A stretch of DNA of 63,688 nt, filler included, from Octopus bimaculoides (taxonomy: Eukaryota): the NCBI RefSeq assembly GCF_001194135.2. It is 10 parts of 10 records of this genome, joined end to end, with 100 filler letters (N's around TTAATTAATTAA, not from the genome) between each part and the next. Parts side by side here need not be neighbours in the genome. Positions count along the whole stretch, not along the records: positions 39,893 to 42,331 come from NW_026315446.1; positions 42,432 to 47,144 come from NC_068987.1; positions 47,245 to 49,006 come from NC_068982.1; positions 49,107 to 51,250 come from NC_068981.1; positions 51,351 to 57,008 come from NW_026418822.1; 5 more parts are not named here. One strand, given 5' to 3'. Positions within the stretch are counted from its first letter, which is position 1; each line of letters starts with the position of its first letter. Made by a program: the position numbers and the translations under genes. A model generated the notes under the pieces. That model had not been told where the DNA came from. It saw only the letters and a list, made by a program, of their open reading frames with translations, and did no database searches. Below, in pieces: positions 39,893 through 52,008 of this stretch.

Positions 39893-39921
39893 ACCCGGAC
39901 AAGGTCGGGTTATACTGCTAG
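39893..39921 (+). mobile_element. Helitron 3' terminus
   Basis: Hairpin cccggacaaggtcggg followed by ctgCTAG|T. Confidence 0.6.
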
Positions 39922-40960
39922 TATATATATATATGTGTGTGTATATATATATGTATATCACTTGCGAGTTTGGAAGATCATTACTTCCAGGAAAATGAAT
40001 ATTTGTTAATGAAATTTTCAATGCATATAGTATTTATTATGTAGATTCCGAATATATAAAAATTTCCGGTGAACGTGTTTTGGTATGGGGGGTGGGTGAC
40101 AATTCCCGAAATTCCAACAGAGTCCACTTAAATCCCTCGTAACTTCCAGGAAAATGAATATTTTTCCGTGAAACTTTCTACAAATATACTTTGATGTCTG
40201 TACATTTCGACCAATATTTATTTGTACATTTCGACCAATATTTATTTTCCTGGAAGTTATGAACTTCCAAAGTCGGCGGGGGAGGGCAACAAGTTTGTAG
40301 TTACGGCGAAAACAAAGCAAAAATTACGAATTAAATAAACAAGGCTCATTCAAACGGAAAGTTTCAAAATGTTTTTCATTTACCTTAATATATAGACTTT
40401 AAAAAGTGAGTATGAATGAAATTCTTTCCTTCAAAAGCTTAAATATNNNNNNNNNNNNNNNNNNNNNNNNNNNNNNNNNNNNNNNNNNNNNNNNNNNNNN
40501 NNNNNNNNNNNNNNNNNNNNNNNNNNNNNNNNNNNNNNNNNNNNNNNNNNNNNNNNNNNNNNNNNNNNNNNNNNNNNNNNNNNNNNNNNNNNNNNNNNNN
40601 NNNNNNNNNNNNNNNNNNNNNNNNNNNNNNNNNNNNNNNNNNNNNNNNNNNNNNNNNNNNNNNNNNNNNNNNNNNNNNNNNNNNNNNNNNNNNNNNNNNN
40701 NNNNNNNNNNNNNNNNNNNNNNNNNNNNNNNNNNNNNNNNNNNNNNNNNNNNNNNNNNNNNNNNNNNNNNNNNNNNNNNNNNNNNNNNNNNNNNNNNNNN
40801 NNNNNNNNNNNNNNNNNNNNNNNNNNNNNNNNNNNNNNNNNNNNNNNNNNNNNNNNNNNNNNNNNNNNNNNNNNNNNNNNNNNNNNNNNNNNNNNNNNNN
40901 NNNNNNNNNNNNNNNNNNNNNNNNNNNNNNNNNNNNNNNNNNNNNNNNNNNNNNNNNNNN

Positions 40961-41330
40961 ACACACAGACACAAGAACGAGGAGGTGGGAGGCAGGCAGG
41001 GCGGGCAGGCTGTAGGCGGAGGAAGGGAAAAAGAGATGTCGTGGACGAGAGAGGGAGGGGGAAGGCTTTTGTTCTCTGTGTATGTGTTCGTTCGTGTGTG
41101 TGTGTGTTCGTTCGTGTGTGTGTGTGCACGTTCTTCTTTGTGTGTGTGTATGCGTGCGTGCGCATGAAGGAACACACAGACACAGAGAAGAAGCAGGCAC
41201 ACACACACACACACAGAAACAAGAACGAGGAGGTGGGAGGCTGGAAGGCTATAGGCGGAGGAAGAGGAAGAGAGATGCCGCAGACGTAAAGAGGGAGGGG
41301 GAGAAGACTGTTGTTCTCTGTGTCTGTGTC
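40961..41330. repeat. Two diverged purine-rich direct repeats about 245 bp apart
   Basis: acaagaacgaggaggtgggaggc...gctrtaggcggaggaag...agagatgyc...gagggaggggga...gttctctgtgt at ~40970-41085 and ~41219-41325. Confidence 0.8.
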
Positions 41331-41404
41331 TATGTGATCTTCTTCTAGCACAGAAGCCGTCCATCTAGTGTTCTCTTCTATCTCTCTCTCTCTCTATCTC
41401 TCTC

Positions 41405-41455
<51 letters not shown>

Positions 41456-41870
41456 GTGTGGATTTGGTAGACGGAAACTGAAAGGAAGCCCTTCGAATAT
41501 ATGCATTGTGTGGTAACTAGCTTGCTTACCAACCACATGGTTCTGGGTTCAGTCCCGCTGTGTGGCACCTCGGGAAAGTGTCTTCTACTATAGCCCCGGG
41601 CCGACCAAAGCCTTGTGAGTGGATTTGGTAGACGGAAACTGAAAGAAACCCATTGTATATATATATATGTATATATAAGTGTCGGAGTGACTGTGTTAAG
41701 TAGCTTGCTTATGAACCACATGGTTCCGGGTTTAGTCCCACTGTGTGGCACCTTAGGCAGGTGTCTTCTACTATAGCCGTCTATATTGTCCCCCTACCCC
41801 CATTCCAAAAAACTTTCTTCGCAAATTTTTGTATATTCGGAATCTCCATAATAAATAATATTTGCATAGA

Positions 41871-42331
41871 AAATTTCATTAAAAATATTCAGTCCTTAGG
41901 GTACAATTATGCCATTATCTCCATGATTTTAAAGGGAGATAATATTTAAACGCTTGCTATTTTAAAGTCATTGCAAGAGTTATCCTTCTTATCTTGTAAG
42001 GGAGGTAATTGGAAAAGACGTCTTGGAACTTTCCCAAAGGTAAATTGTTATAGTTACCTTCCTTAGAATGAAAATTATAGTTTCGAATTCAAAAATATAA
42101 TTCACATTCTAAGGGAGATAACTATAACGATTTACATTTATGAACGTTCCAAGACGTCTTTTCTAATTACCTCCCTTACAAGACAAGAAGGACAACTCTT
42201 GCAATGACTTTGATATATCAAGCCTTTAAGTATTTCCTCCCTTTAAAACCATGGAGATAATGGCAGAATTGTACCCTAAGGATTTGGAAGGTCATAACTT
42301 TGAGAAAAATGAATATTTTTTAATGAAATTT
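41871..42331. repeat. Long foldback palindrome (187-bp core arms 41893-42079 and 42096-42282)
   Basis: Arms align, e.g. tccttagggtacaatt/aattgtaccctaagga and aaaagacgtcttggaac/gttccaagacgtctttt. The flank 41790-41890 is homologous in inverted orientation to 39997-40100. Confidence 0.85.
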
Positions 42332-42712
42332 NNNNNNNNNNNNNNNNNNNNNNNNNNNNNNNNNNNNNNNNNNNNTTAATTAATTAANNNNNNNNNNNNN
42401 NNNNNNNNNNNNNNNNNNNNNNNNNNNNNNNATATATATATATATATATATATAGATATATATGCATATCAAATTTGAATAGATATCCACTGACTGTATG
42501 TAATCTTAGCTAGTTAGCTTAAGTTTGCTAATTTGGACGGTAAAGGGTGTGTTCTCACTATTCTGTATTGACCAGTACACCCATTCAGTTTGCAGTGGAC
42601 ACAACGTCCAAATCAATTAAGTGATAGTACCATACACTTATATAGATACATATTTTGGGGAGAGTATTGTAGTTCGCTTGAAGCGTTGTATATTGTTTGT
42701 AAAGAATAAAAA

Positions 42713-42919
42713 GTTTTGAATGGTACAACAATGCGCTATAATACAAACAGTGGGCTATATACCTGTTATAATTTAGTCATCCATAGTCTGATGATATTTC
42801 GGAATAAAATTCCTTCCTCAGATATTCTTAGATGAGGAATTTTATTCATGGGTGACTAAATTACAACAGGTATATAGCCCATTGTTTGTATTATAGTGCA
42901 TTGTTGTACCATTCAAAAC
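42713..42919. repeat. Near-perfect inverted repeat, 72-bp arms plus an inner 13-bp stem
   Basis: 42713-42784 vs 42848-42919 match at 68 of 72 positions. Inner gaataaaattcct/aggaattttattc. Confidence 0.92.
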
Positions 42920-43223
42920 ATACATTCTATACATATTTTTATATTGTAATGAAACTTTTGATGACTCCGTGTGTACTATTCACGCAATTGTATTTGACAT
43001 TAATTTTCTTTGATCGAACAACGAATAAATGTGAAGGAGACGAGTTATTTTGCAATACTGATTTTGCTTTTAAGTCAAAATTGTAAGGCAGCTTAAACCA
43101 ATATATATCGTTCCGTAGTATTTTTAGGGTGTCTGCTAGACATTGGTAAAATACCTCTTTTTTGATTCTCGGTATCAGTTCCATCACAGCAGTTCGTTGT
43201 ATTACTCTTTGTATCACAGTTTA

Positions 43224-44096
43224 TCTATACTATAAATTGCAGTGTTCTTGATTGCTTGATTGATTGATTGATTGATTGAATGTCGGCAGATTCACTCGAG
43301 AACGGTGCAGTGGAATCGCGTGAAATTCAGCACAGAGCGGCAGCATGGTCCGCTCATGTTCAGGAGATTTTTATTGCCCTCCAACTCCCATGGTTACCGA
43401 GATAATCGGTTATTACATTTTTAAGAGAGGAATATCCCATTCAAAGTGAGGAGGGGCGATTTTGTTGCCTTTCCCATGCGCGAAATTTTACGAAAAACCA
43501 GCACAATAAAGATTATTTTTTTCCAAGTAATGTGGCTGGGTTTGTTTTTCGAAAATTTTAATCAGAGGCACAGAAAAAAAATAATTTCAATTTTTTTTGC
43601 ATTAAAAAGCCAAAGCTGCTGGACGCTGGCATACAGCGATCGATATATACGCAGTGAACGTTTTCTCCATTTGCGTGCAATAAGGCTTAGAGCAAGCGAG
43701 TGTAACATCGAAATAACTTGAAAAGAATGCATGTGGGAATGCCGTTATAATGAATGCTCATTTAAATGTATTTTGCATGGAGTTGATGTTCTTTTTAACT
43801 GGAGAGGAGTGCCTGCAGGCTGATTCTTCTCAAGTTTATGTATTTTCAGGTTCAATGTGTTTCAAATAAGTACTGACAATTGAAGGTGATTGTAAAGACA
43901 ACGAACTACCTGTTTTTTTTTTAACAATTTTAACAGTGAGAACATTGGACAAAATATGTTATTGACATTAATAGTTTGTACCTCAGCTAATTACTGTTGA
44001 GAACTGCATAATCCATGTGTCATGTTAGAGATCTAAAAGGCATTTTCGAATTTCATTATTTTCTTTAATCCAGGCAACGCTCGATATTTCTGCTAG
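43224..44096 (+). mobile_element. Non-autonomous Helitron
   Basis: A|TCTATACTATAAA 5' end, a subterminal (GATT)n, and a 3' degenerate hairpin ccaggcaacgctcg + CTAG|T. Inserted at an AT site. Confidence 0.75.
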
Positions 44097-44204
44097 TTAT
44101 GTCTAAAACTGTTTTACTAATTATACCAAGTCATTTAATCCGTGTGCAGGTTTACGTAGCATAAACAAACCAACAACTTCTCTTGTTTCAGAAGAGTCCT
44201 GGGA

Positions 44205-44345
44205 CCTTACGGTAATATCAATTTTTTATGGTCCATAAAGGAGTCACTAAATTTTTCATTAATCCATAAAGGGGACACTGGATATTTTATTGATCCATAA
44301 AAGGGATACTGGATTTTGTTTGAGCCTTAAAGGAAGTAGTGGATC
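44205..44345. repeat. About 30-bp degenerate tandem repeat x4 (tccataaagggayactggatwttt)
   Basis: Seen directly. Resembles DNA-transposon subterminal repeats. Confidence 0.6.
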
Positions 44346-45217
44346 TTTTTGTGTTAAGTTAAGACTACCTGTGCTGGGAGCCCACATCACAGACAATAAT
44401 TAGGGAACTAGGCAAGTCTCATCTTCTCCGCATCTGATCTGGTTAACTTAAGAAAAATAGACTGGGCAGTGTAGAGAGCGCATTATGTTCAGACTTTGAA
44501 GCTGTTCACCATGCGATTCACCATTGCTCGACAGAATGATGGGGATAATGTCTTCAGATAGCCAATGGACTGACATGTATGAGTGTGTGAGTTTGCGCGC
44601 GCGCGCGCGTATGTGTGTGTGTGTGTGTGTGTAGGTGAGGGGTACACAATAGCAGCAACAATGTTTCCATTACATCAACAACAATAACAGAGGCTGCATC
44701 AGTAACACTAACACATTTAACAGCAGCAATAGCTACTTATCCTCTCTAAATGTCATTACAACAAAGGTACTTTAATAAGTGGTACTTCGAGGTGAAGTTA
44801 AGCAGCCAACAAATAAGACAACCTGCTGCAGTCATGATAACTTTTCTCACAGTTATTGGGATAGGGGTTGGTTAGGTAAGTGCTGACAGCGAGGTAGAGA
44901 GCAAAATATAGGACAACACTCTACGGCTAAATACCTGTACATATGTGATGTATGTGTGTGTCTAGGCATTTGTATACATACATGTATTTCTGTGTATGTA
45001 TATGCATGTACGTGTGTACGCGTTTTGTCTTTTGTTATAAGTTTCCATAATAGTCGCAGGCGTGGCTGTGTGACAAGAAGTTTACTTCCCAACTGTACGG
45101 TTCCGAGTTCAGTCCCACTGCGTGGCACCATGGGCATGTGCCTTCTACTATAGCCTTGGGCTCACCAAACCCCTGTGAGTGGATTTGGTAGATGGAAACT
45201 GAAAGAAGCCTGTCATC

Positions 45218-45545
45218 ACAATTTGTGACACAACATACCTTTCTTTTGCTGGGCTTAAATCTCATTTGCAGACCCATGAAAAGCGAACCTTCACTAAGTA
45301 GTCTGCCTATCTATCTGTGCATATTTGTCAATGCTGTCTTTGCCATGAGGTCTGCAAAGGTAACGGAGGCCTCAACAGAAATTTTAAGATCCACAGAGTT
45401 CAGAACTTAACTGCAGCTCTTGGTGGTCCAAAATCAGACATGCAATTTATATGGGTGTCTTTACAAAACATTGTCTGGTTTAAAAACCACACCAGACACT
45501 ATGATAGGGGTAGGTACAAGAAGTTGTCAGACTCTGCATAAGGAG
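45218..45545 (+). mobile_element. RTE-type LINE 3' end with three degenerate C2H2 fingers, inserted within a SINE B copy
   Basis: ICDTTYLSFAGLKSHLQTH, CCLCHEVCKGNGGLNRNFKIH and CNLYGCLYKTLSGLKT. The SINE head is at 45055-45215 and the tail resumes at ~45830. Confidence 0.65.
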
Positions 45546-45561
45546 TATATAACCACCATAT

Positions 45562-45700
<139 letters not shown>

Positions 45701-46041
45701 ATAGACGCAATGGGATGCTATAAAAGAAAAAGTCAATCATCGCTTCTAGCAATGTAGATGCATGGACACTCTTAGCCACACTTAGTAACGATCGACTTAT
45801 ATATATATATATATATATATATATGAACGTGTCCTTGTACATGTGTTTGTCGCTTGGCAACCGGTGCTGGTGTGTTTACGCTCCCGTAACTTAGCGGTTT
45901 GGCAAAAAACCGATAGAATAAGTACCAGGCTTTACAAAGTGAATGAATGAATAAATAAATAAATAGATAAATAATAACTTGGGTCGATGTGTTTGACTAA
46001 AAATACTTCNNNNNNNNNNCTCCCATTCCTTCCCGTCATCG

Positions 46042-46082
<41 letters not shown>

Positions 46083-47389
46083 GTCATCATCGTCATCATC
46101 GTCATCACCATCACCATCTACAACAAAAGTAAAAGTGAACGAGGACCTCTACGCCGCTCGATTTGTCAGAAATAACAGCTAACTCGCCCTTAGATCAAAT
46201 CTTCACTGTCTTAATAAAGCAGGAGACAAGAAGAATAATGGGATAATGCAATACTGGGTCTTTGTATTAACATAAAAATGGTCTGGATGATCATGTGTGG
46301 AACGTCTCAGATGTCTGCTCTGCTTGGACTGACCTGGGGCTATTCAACAACAACAATAACAACAAAATCTGCAACAAGCCGAACCACCTTGAAAACAGAT
46401 AGAACTTCCGCAACAACATTAAAAACACTACCACTGCCACCACTAGCACCTCCTCCTCTTCCCTCCCATAAAGAAGAATGGAGAAGTATACATCTTCAAA
46501 ATTTATTACTCTATTATTCTCGTTAAATTCCAATCCGACACATGTTTCTGTTGTATACATGTCCTAATGTCCTTTGATGTAGCATTTATGTGCATTTAAT
46601 TGGTTCAGTAGCAGTACATATCTTATCCAAGGTAGACAATCCTGTGTAGCTTTGCTCAAGGTTTTACCCTTGCGGTTGCGTGAAGCGAACTATTCGCTCC
46701 ACCAAGGACATTAGAACACTTACCCAGCAGAAACAGGTATCGGATCGGAATTTATGATACTGCAGTAAACAAACAATACTGAATAATAGTGCAATAAACA
46801 AATTTTGAAGATACTCCATTCTTCTTTATGATGCTTTTATTTTATACGTGACTATGTGACAGGCGCAGTTGTGGCTGAGTGATAAAAAGCTTGCAAGTGG
46901 TGAGTTGGCAGAATCGTTAGCACGCCGGCCGAAATGCTTAGCGGTATTTCGTCTGCCGTTACGTTCTGAGTTCAAATTCCGCCGAGGTCGACTTTGCCTT
47001 TCATCCTTTCGGGGTCGATAAATTAAGTACCAGTTACGCACTGGAGTCGATGTAATCGACTTAATCCGTTCGTCTGTTCTTGTTTGTTCCCTCTATGTTT
47101 AGCCCTTTGTGGGCAATAACGAAATAGGTATTTCGTCCATCTTTNNNNNNNNNNNNNNNNNNNNNNNNNNNNNNNNNNNNNNNNNNNNTTAATTAATTAA
47201 NNNNNNNNNNNNNNNNNNNNNNNNNNNNNNNNNNNNNNNNNNNNATATATATATGTATGTATGTTTATATGTATGTATAAATGTATGTATATATATATAT
47301 ATGTATGTATGTATATATGTATGTATGTATATATGTATGTATATATGCATGTATATATGTATGTATATGTGTATGTATATATGTGTATG

Positions 47390-47422
<33 letters not shown>

Positions 47423-47424
47423 GT

Positions 47425-47505
<81 letters not shown>

Positions 47506-47507
47506 TG

Positions 47508-47539
<32 letters not shown>

Positions 47540-48539
47540 TATATATATATACATCGCAGGATCTACCCTGTACCCCACGCTGTGATTCCATATCTCCCTC
47601 GTTACTTCTAGTAATTCTTACCGCTGTATTATTGATGCCGCTTTTCATCCTTCTCTGCGCCTTCATAACTTTCATCTACAGTTTTACTCATAAGACAAAC
47701 TAAATTTGCTACAGTATATCGAACTCGTAACTTGATACTAGCAAAGCGAATTTCTAAACCACTTAGCCAAGCATTCATACAAACATGTAAAGAAGTTTGC
47801 TTCCGTGTCACATGGTTCCCGGTTCTGTCCCACTGTGTTGAACCCTGGATAAATGTCTTGTACTACACTCCTCCCCCGACCTGACCAAAAACTTGTGAAC
47901 GGATTTAGTTGACAGAAACTAAAAGAAGCTGTCAATAATGCAGGTGTATGTGCTTGTGTGCACACGCGCGTGCACGAGTGTATGTTTCTGGTTATGCCTT
48001 GGTCTTTGTGCTGTGTTCACCACCACCACCACCACCACCATTACATGACAACCAGTGCTGGTTTGTTTACATCCTCGTAACTTAGCAGTTCGCTAAAAGG
48101 CCGATAAAATATCTGTCTTAAAAGTAAGGAGTGGAGCCGATCTGTTCGACTAAAATCTGCAAACCTGTGCCACAGCATAGCCGTAGTTCAATGACTGAAA
48201 TACGTAAAAGACCTCTCTACAGTACTTATGACTAAGAGTGTGTTTGAATGTATGTGTGTGTGTGGTGGGAGTTCGTTTCATTGTTATATATTATTTATAT
48301 AATTCTCATACTGGCGATCATTACAATCTCGGAAAACTTTTCACGGAGGGCTATTGTACTTATCGGTTTTATGGTCATAGACATCCTGAGAAACCACCAA
48401 CCAACTGTCTCTCAGCAAAGGTTTTGTGTGAAACAATGATCATATTAGTCACACATCGTCAATATGTATACATATATTCATATGCGTGTATGTGCGTTTG
48501 TATATGACTATGTCCAGAGTAACTGGTCTCTACAACATT

Positions 48540-48710
48540 TTCTCACCTTTATAGTCTTTCATCTTCATTATGCTTCATTGAATCAGCTAGTTATATCTTT
48601 ACAAGTACTTGTAATTTGCTGAATAGAAACATTCAAATTATTATTCTCAAACAACGGTTTGAAAGAATAGTGAGGTTCCGAAACTAGTGGTATTTTATTG
48701 TTGTTAAAAC
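48540..48710 (+). mobile_element. Penelope-like 3' fragment
   Basis: FIESASYIFTSTCNLLNRN resembles the GIY-YIG C-terminus (E..yI....LN) and is followed by ccgaaactagt. Confidence 0.4.
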
Positions 48711-49149
48711 ATCTCTTTTTTTTTTTTTTTTCAATTTTGTTTTATTTTACTACTAATGTTTTTAACGAAGTTTGTAAAGTGGTTAAACCTTACAACTTTT
48801 TCTTCTGTGCTATTACTTCGGAATCATTTTCGATGATATAAGTGCCCTTAAATGAAAAATGGACTACATAATACCACCTTATACTTTTACAAATATCGGT
48901 TTTAAATTTTGGCACAAGGCCAGCAATGCTCAACTGGTACTTATTTCATCGACCTTGGAAGGATGGAAGGCAAAGTCGACATTGGCGGAATTTGAACTCA
49001 TTACATNNNNNNNNNNNNNNNNNNNNNNNNNNNNNNNNNNNNNNNNNNNNTTAATTAATTAANNNNNNNNNNNNNNNNNNNNNNNNNNNNNNNNNNNNNN
49101 NNNNNNTATATATATATATATATATATATATGCATTTATATATATACAA

Positions 49150-49195
<46 letters not shown>

Positions 49196-50751
49196 ATATA
49201 TGCATTTGTATATACAAATACATACATACATACATGTATATATATGCATATATATTAATGTGTGCATATGCAATAGATATGTTTGTATACAGCTATGCAC
49301 GCACTTGTTTGGGACAAGAGACGTGCGTGTCTGAATGAATGTGTTAAATTTTACCTGGTTAAAATAGCATAACGATGCAAGACACGTTAAGCGTCTTACC
49401 TTTACGTGGCTACCCCACTTCACAAACACACACACACACACACAGAGTCGTATTGCTTTTCGGTAAGATCCACCGCCTGTACCTCAGCAACACACCAAAA
49501 GACAGCCCAGGTGAGAAACAGGAATGTTTGCAAGATCGTTTTGCAGTTGGGGTAGATCAATTGACGGGTATTGATAGCTTCTGAAGCGGGTAGAATATCA
49601 ACAGGATTCGTTCTAGCGAGATATCGACAAGGGTATGGTGTTCGCAGATCATAAGTCTTAACTTACAAACACTTTCGTCAGTTTGAGTGGGGGCGGCGGA
49701 TTTCGTGTCAAGAGTAAGAGCTGGTCGAGCGACATTTTTCATAGCTGGTGTGTGTCTGGGTGTGGGGGTATGTGTGCACTTTCCACACGCACAAACACAC
49801 ACACACACACACACACACGGTGGTCTATACAGATCCATGCATGAACATATATTAAGAGACATTTGTATACATGATGGATCAAATAACGTTTCCCGTGAAT
49901 TAACATATCTGGAGGTATACATAAGTACACATACACTTACATATATANNNNNNNNNNNNNNNNNNNNNNNNNNNNNNNNNNNNNNNNNNNNNNNNNNNNN
50001 NNNNNNNNNNNNNNNNNNNNNNNNNNNNNNNNNNNNNNNNNNNNNNNNNNNNNNNNNNNNNNNNNNNNNNNNNNNNNNNNNNNNNNNNNNNNNNNNNNNN
50101 NNNNNNNNNNNNNNNNNNNNNNNNNNNNNNNNNNNNNNNNNNNNNNNNNNNNNNNNNNNNNNNNNNNNNNNNNNNNNNNNNNNNNNNNNNNNNNNNNNNN
50201 NNNNNNNNNNNNNNNNNNNNNNNNNNNNNNNNNNNNNNNNNNNNNNNNNNNNNNNNNNNNNNNNNNNNNNNNNNNNTATATATATATATATACATATGTG
50301 TGTGTGTGTGTGTAAAATTTATATTGGTTTTGGTCATTATAAGTTCGGAAATTTCAGTGGATTTTTCTTGGTCAGGGGCAAATCCCGCACATCCTTCAAT
50401 ATCTTATATGCATTGTTAAGGTTTTGTACTTCATGGGTTCGAACGCCGCTCCCCTATGACCTGCATTGCTGTTCGATGAATCACATAACCACGTAAATGG
50501 GACACACACACACACACGCACACGCATACACAACATAGCTTTCAGAAAAGTATGTATTTGTATGTATGAATATATAAATCGTTCCAATCATTAATACTTT
50601 TAGATAGGTACACGTGTGAGTGTGAGTGTGTGAGTGTGAGTGTGTGTGTATGAGTGTGTGTGAGTGTGTGTGTGGGTAGATAGGTATTCTAGGTATATAA
50701 GGATTCATCCAAAAGTACATATATACCCACATACAGACATGTGTTTATTAA

Positions 50752-50789
<38 letters not shown>

Positions 50790-51191
50790 TTACGTCCATG
50801 TGCTTGCATGTAAAATTTGTACACACACATATATACATATGTATATATATATATATATACACACACACTTAAATGCTTGTAAATGTTTGTATCTATCTGT
50901 GTGTGCGAGCACCAGCAAAACAATAAACGCGATTTCCAATTGATGCATTGATGCACACGAGTGCATTCCTTACTGTGCACCTGGTGTTGAGCGCGGAACA
51001 TACAGATGTGCATCCATGCATTAGTAGCACTGCAATTAACGTTATATTATATAGCATAACCGGGGTCAGAATATGTGGAAATAAAAGAGAATTAATTGGC
51101 GCAGCATTGAGGAAAATAACAGATCGGGTTGCAAAATGAGGCGGGTGCACCATGAAAATGCATACCAGCATATGTGTGTGTATACATTGCA

Positions 51192-51250
<59 letters not shown>

Positions 51251-51350
51251 NNNNNNNNNNNNNNNNNNNNNNNNNNNNNNNNNNNNNNNNNNNNTTAATT
51301 AATTAANNNNNNNNNNNNNNNNNNNNNNNNNNNNNNNNNNNNNNNNNNNN

Positions 51351-51925
51351 TTTTCTATCGTCTAGTTTCTATAGACTTTTCTATCGTCTATTTTCCATTG
51401 TTTATTTTCTACCGTCTAATTTCTATCGTCCGTTTTCTATCTTCTGGTTTCCATCGTCTGGTTTCTATCGTCTGGTTTCCATCGTCTGGTTTCTATCGTC
51501 TGGTTTCTATCGTCCGTTTTCTATCGTCTGGTTTCTATCGTCCGGTTTCTATCGTCTGGTTTCTATCGTCCGGTTTCTATCGTCCGTTTTCTATCGTCCG
51601 GTTTCTATCGTCTGGTTTTTATCGTCCGGTTTCTATCGACTGGTTTCTATCGTCTGGTTTCTATCGTCTGGTTTCTATCGTCTGGTTTCTATCGTCCGGT
51701 TTCTATCGTCCGGTTTCTATCGTCCGGTTTCTATCGACTGGTTTCTNNNNNNNNNNTCTGGTTTCTATCGTCTGGTTTCTATCGTCCGGTTTCTATCGTC
51801 CGGTTTCTATCGTCCGGTTTTTATCGTCCGGTTTCTATCGTCCGGTTTCTATCGTCCGGTTTCTATCGTCTGGTTTCTATCGTTTGGTTTTCTATCGTCT
51901 GGTTTCTATCCTCTATTTTCTATCC
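51351..51925. repeat. 14-bp minisatellite (ggtttctatcgtcy), about 40 units
   Basis: A period of 14 is visible throughout, with a short N-gap inside. Abuts a SINE B tail. Confidence 0.95.
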
Positions 51926-52008
51926 TCTATTTTCAACTAATGGCGGTGCTACAGCATGGCTGCAGTCAAATGACTAAGATAAATAAAGAATATATACACA
52001 TATACATA

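Noticed and set aside
42787-42815. CUGAUGA in the bulge of the 72-bp hairpin
   Set aside because: No correctly placed stem II-GAAA or stem III, so not a hammerhead as written.
49584-49634. GPCR TM3-like motif TLVDISLERILLIFYPL on the minus strand
   Set aside because: Cys-to-Arg spacing is 19 instead of the conserved 25, there is no hydrophobic TM2 upstream, and a stop follows 9 codons later. Probably chance. An HMM search against 7tm_1 would settle it.
51398-51940. 180-aa ORF with a 14-aa period (FYRLVSIVWFLSSG)
   Set aside because: Translation of the 14-bp minisatellite; three units give 14 codons.
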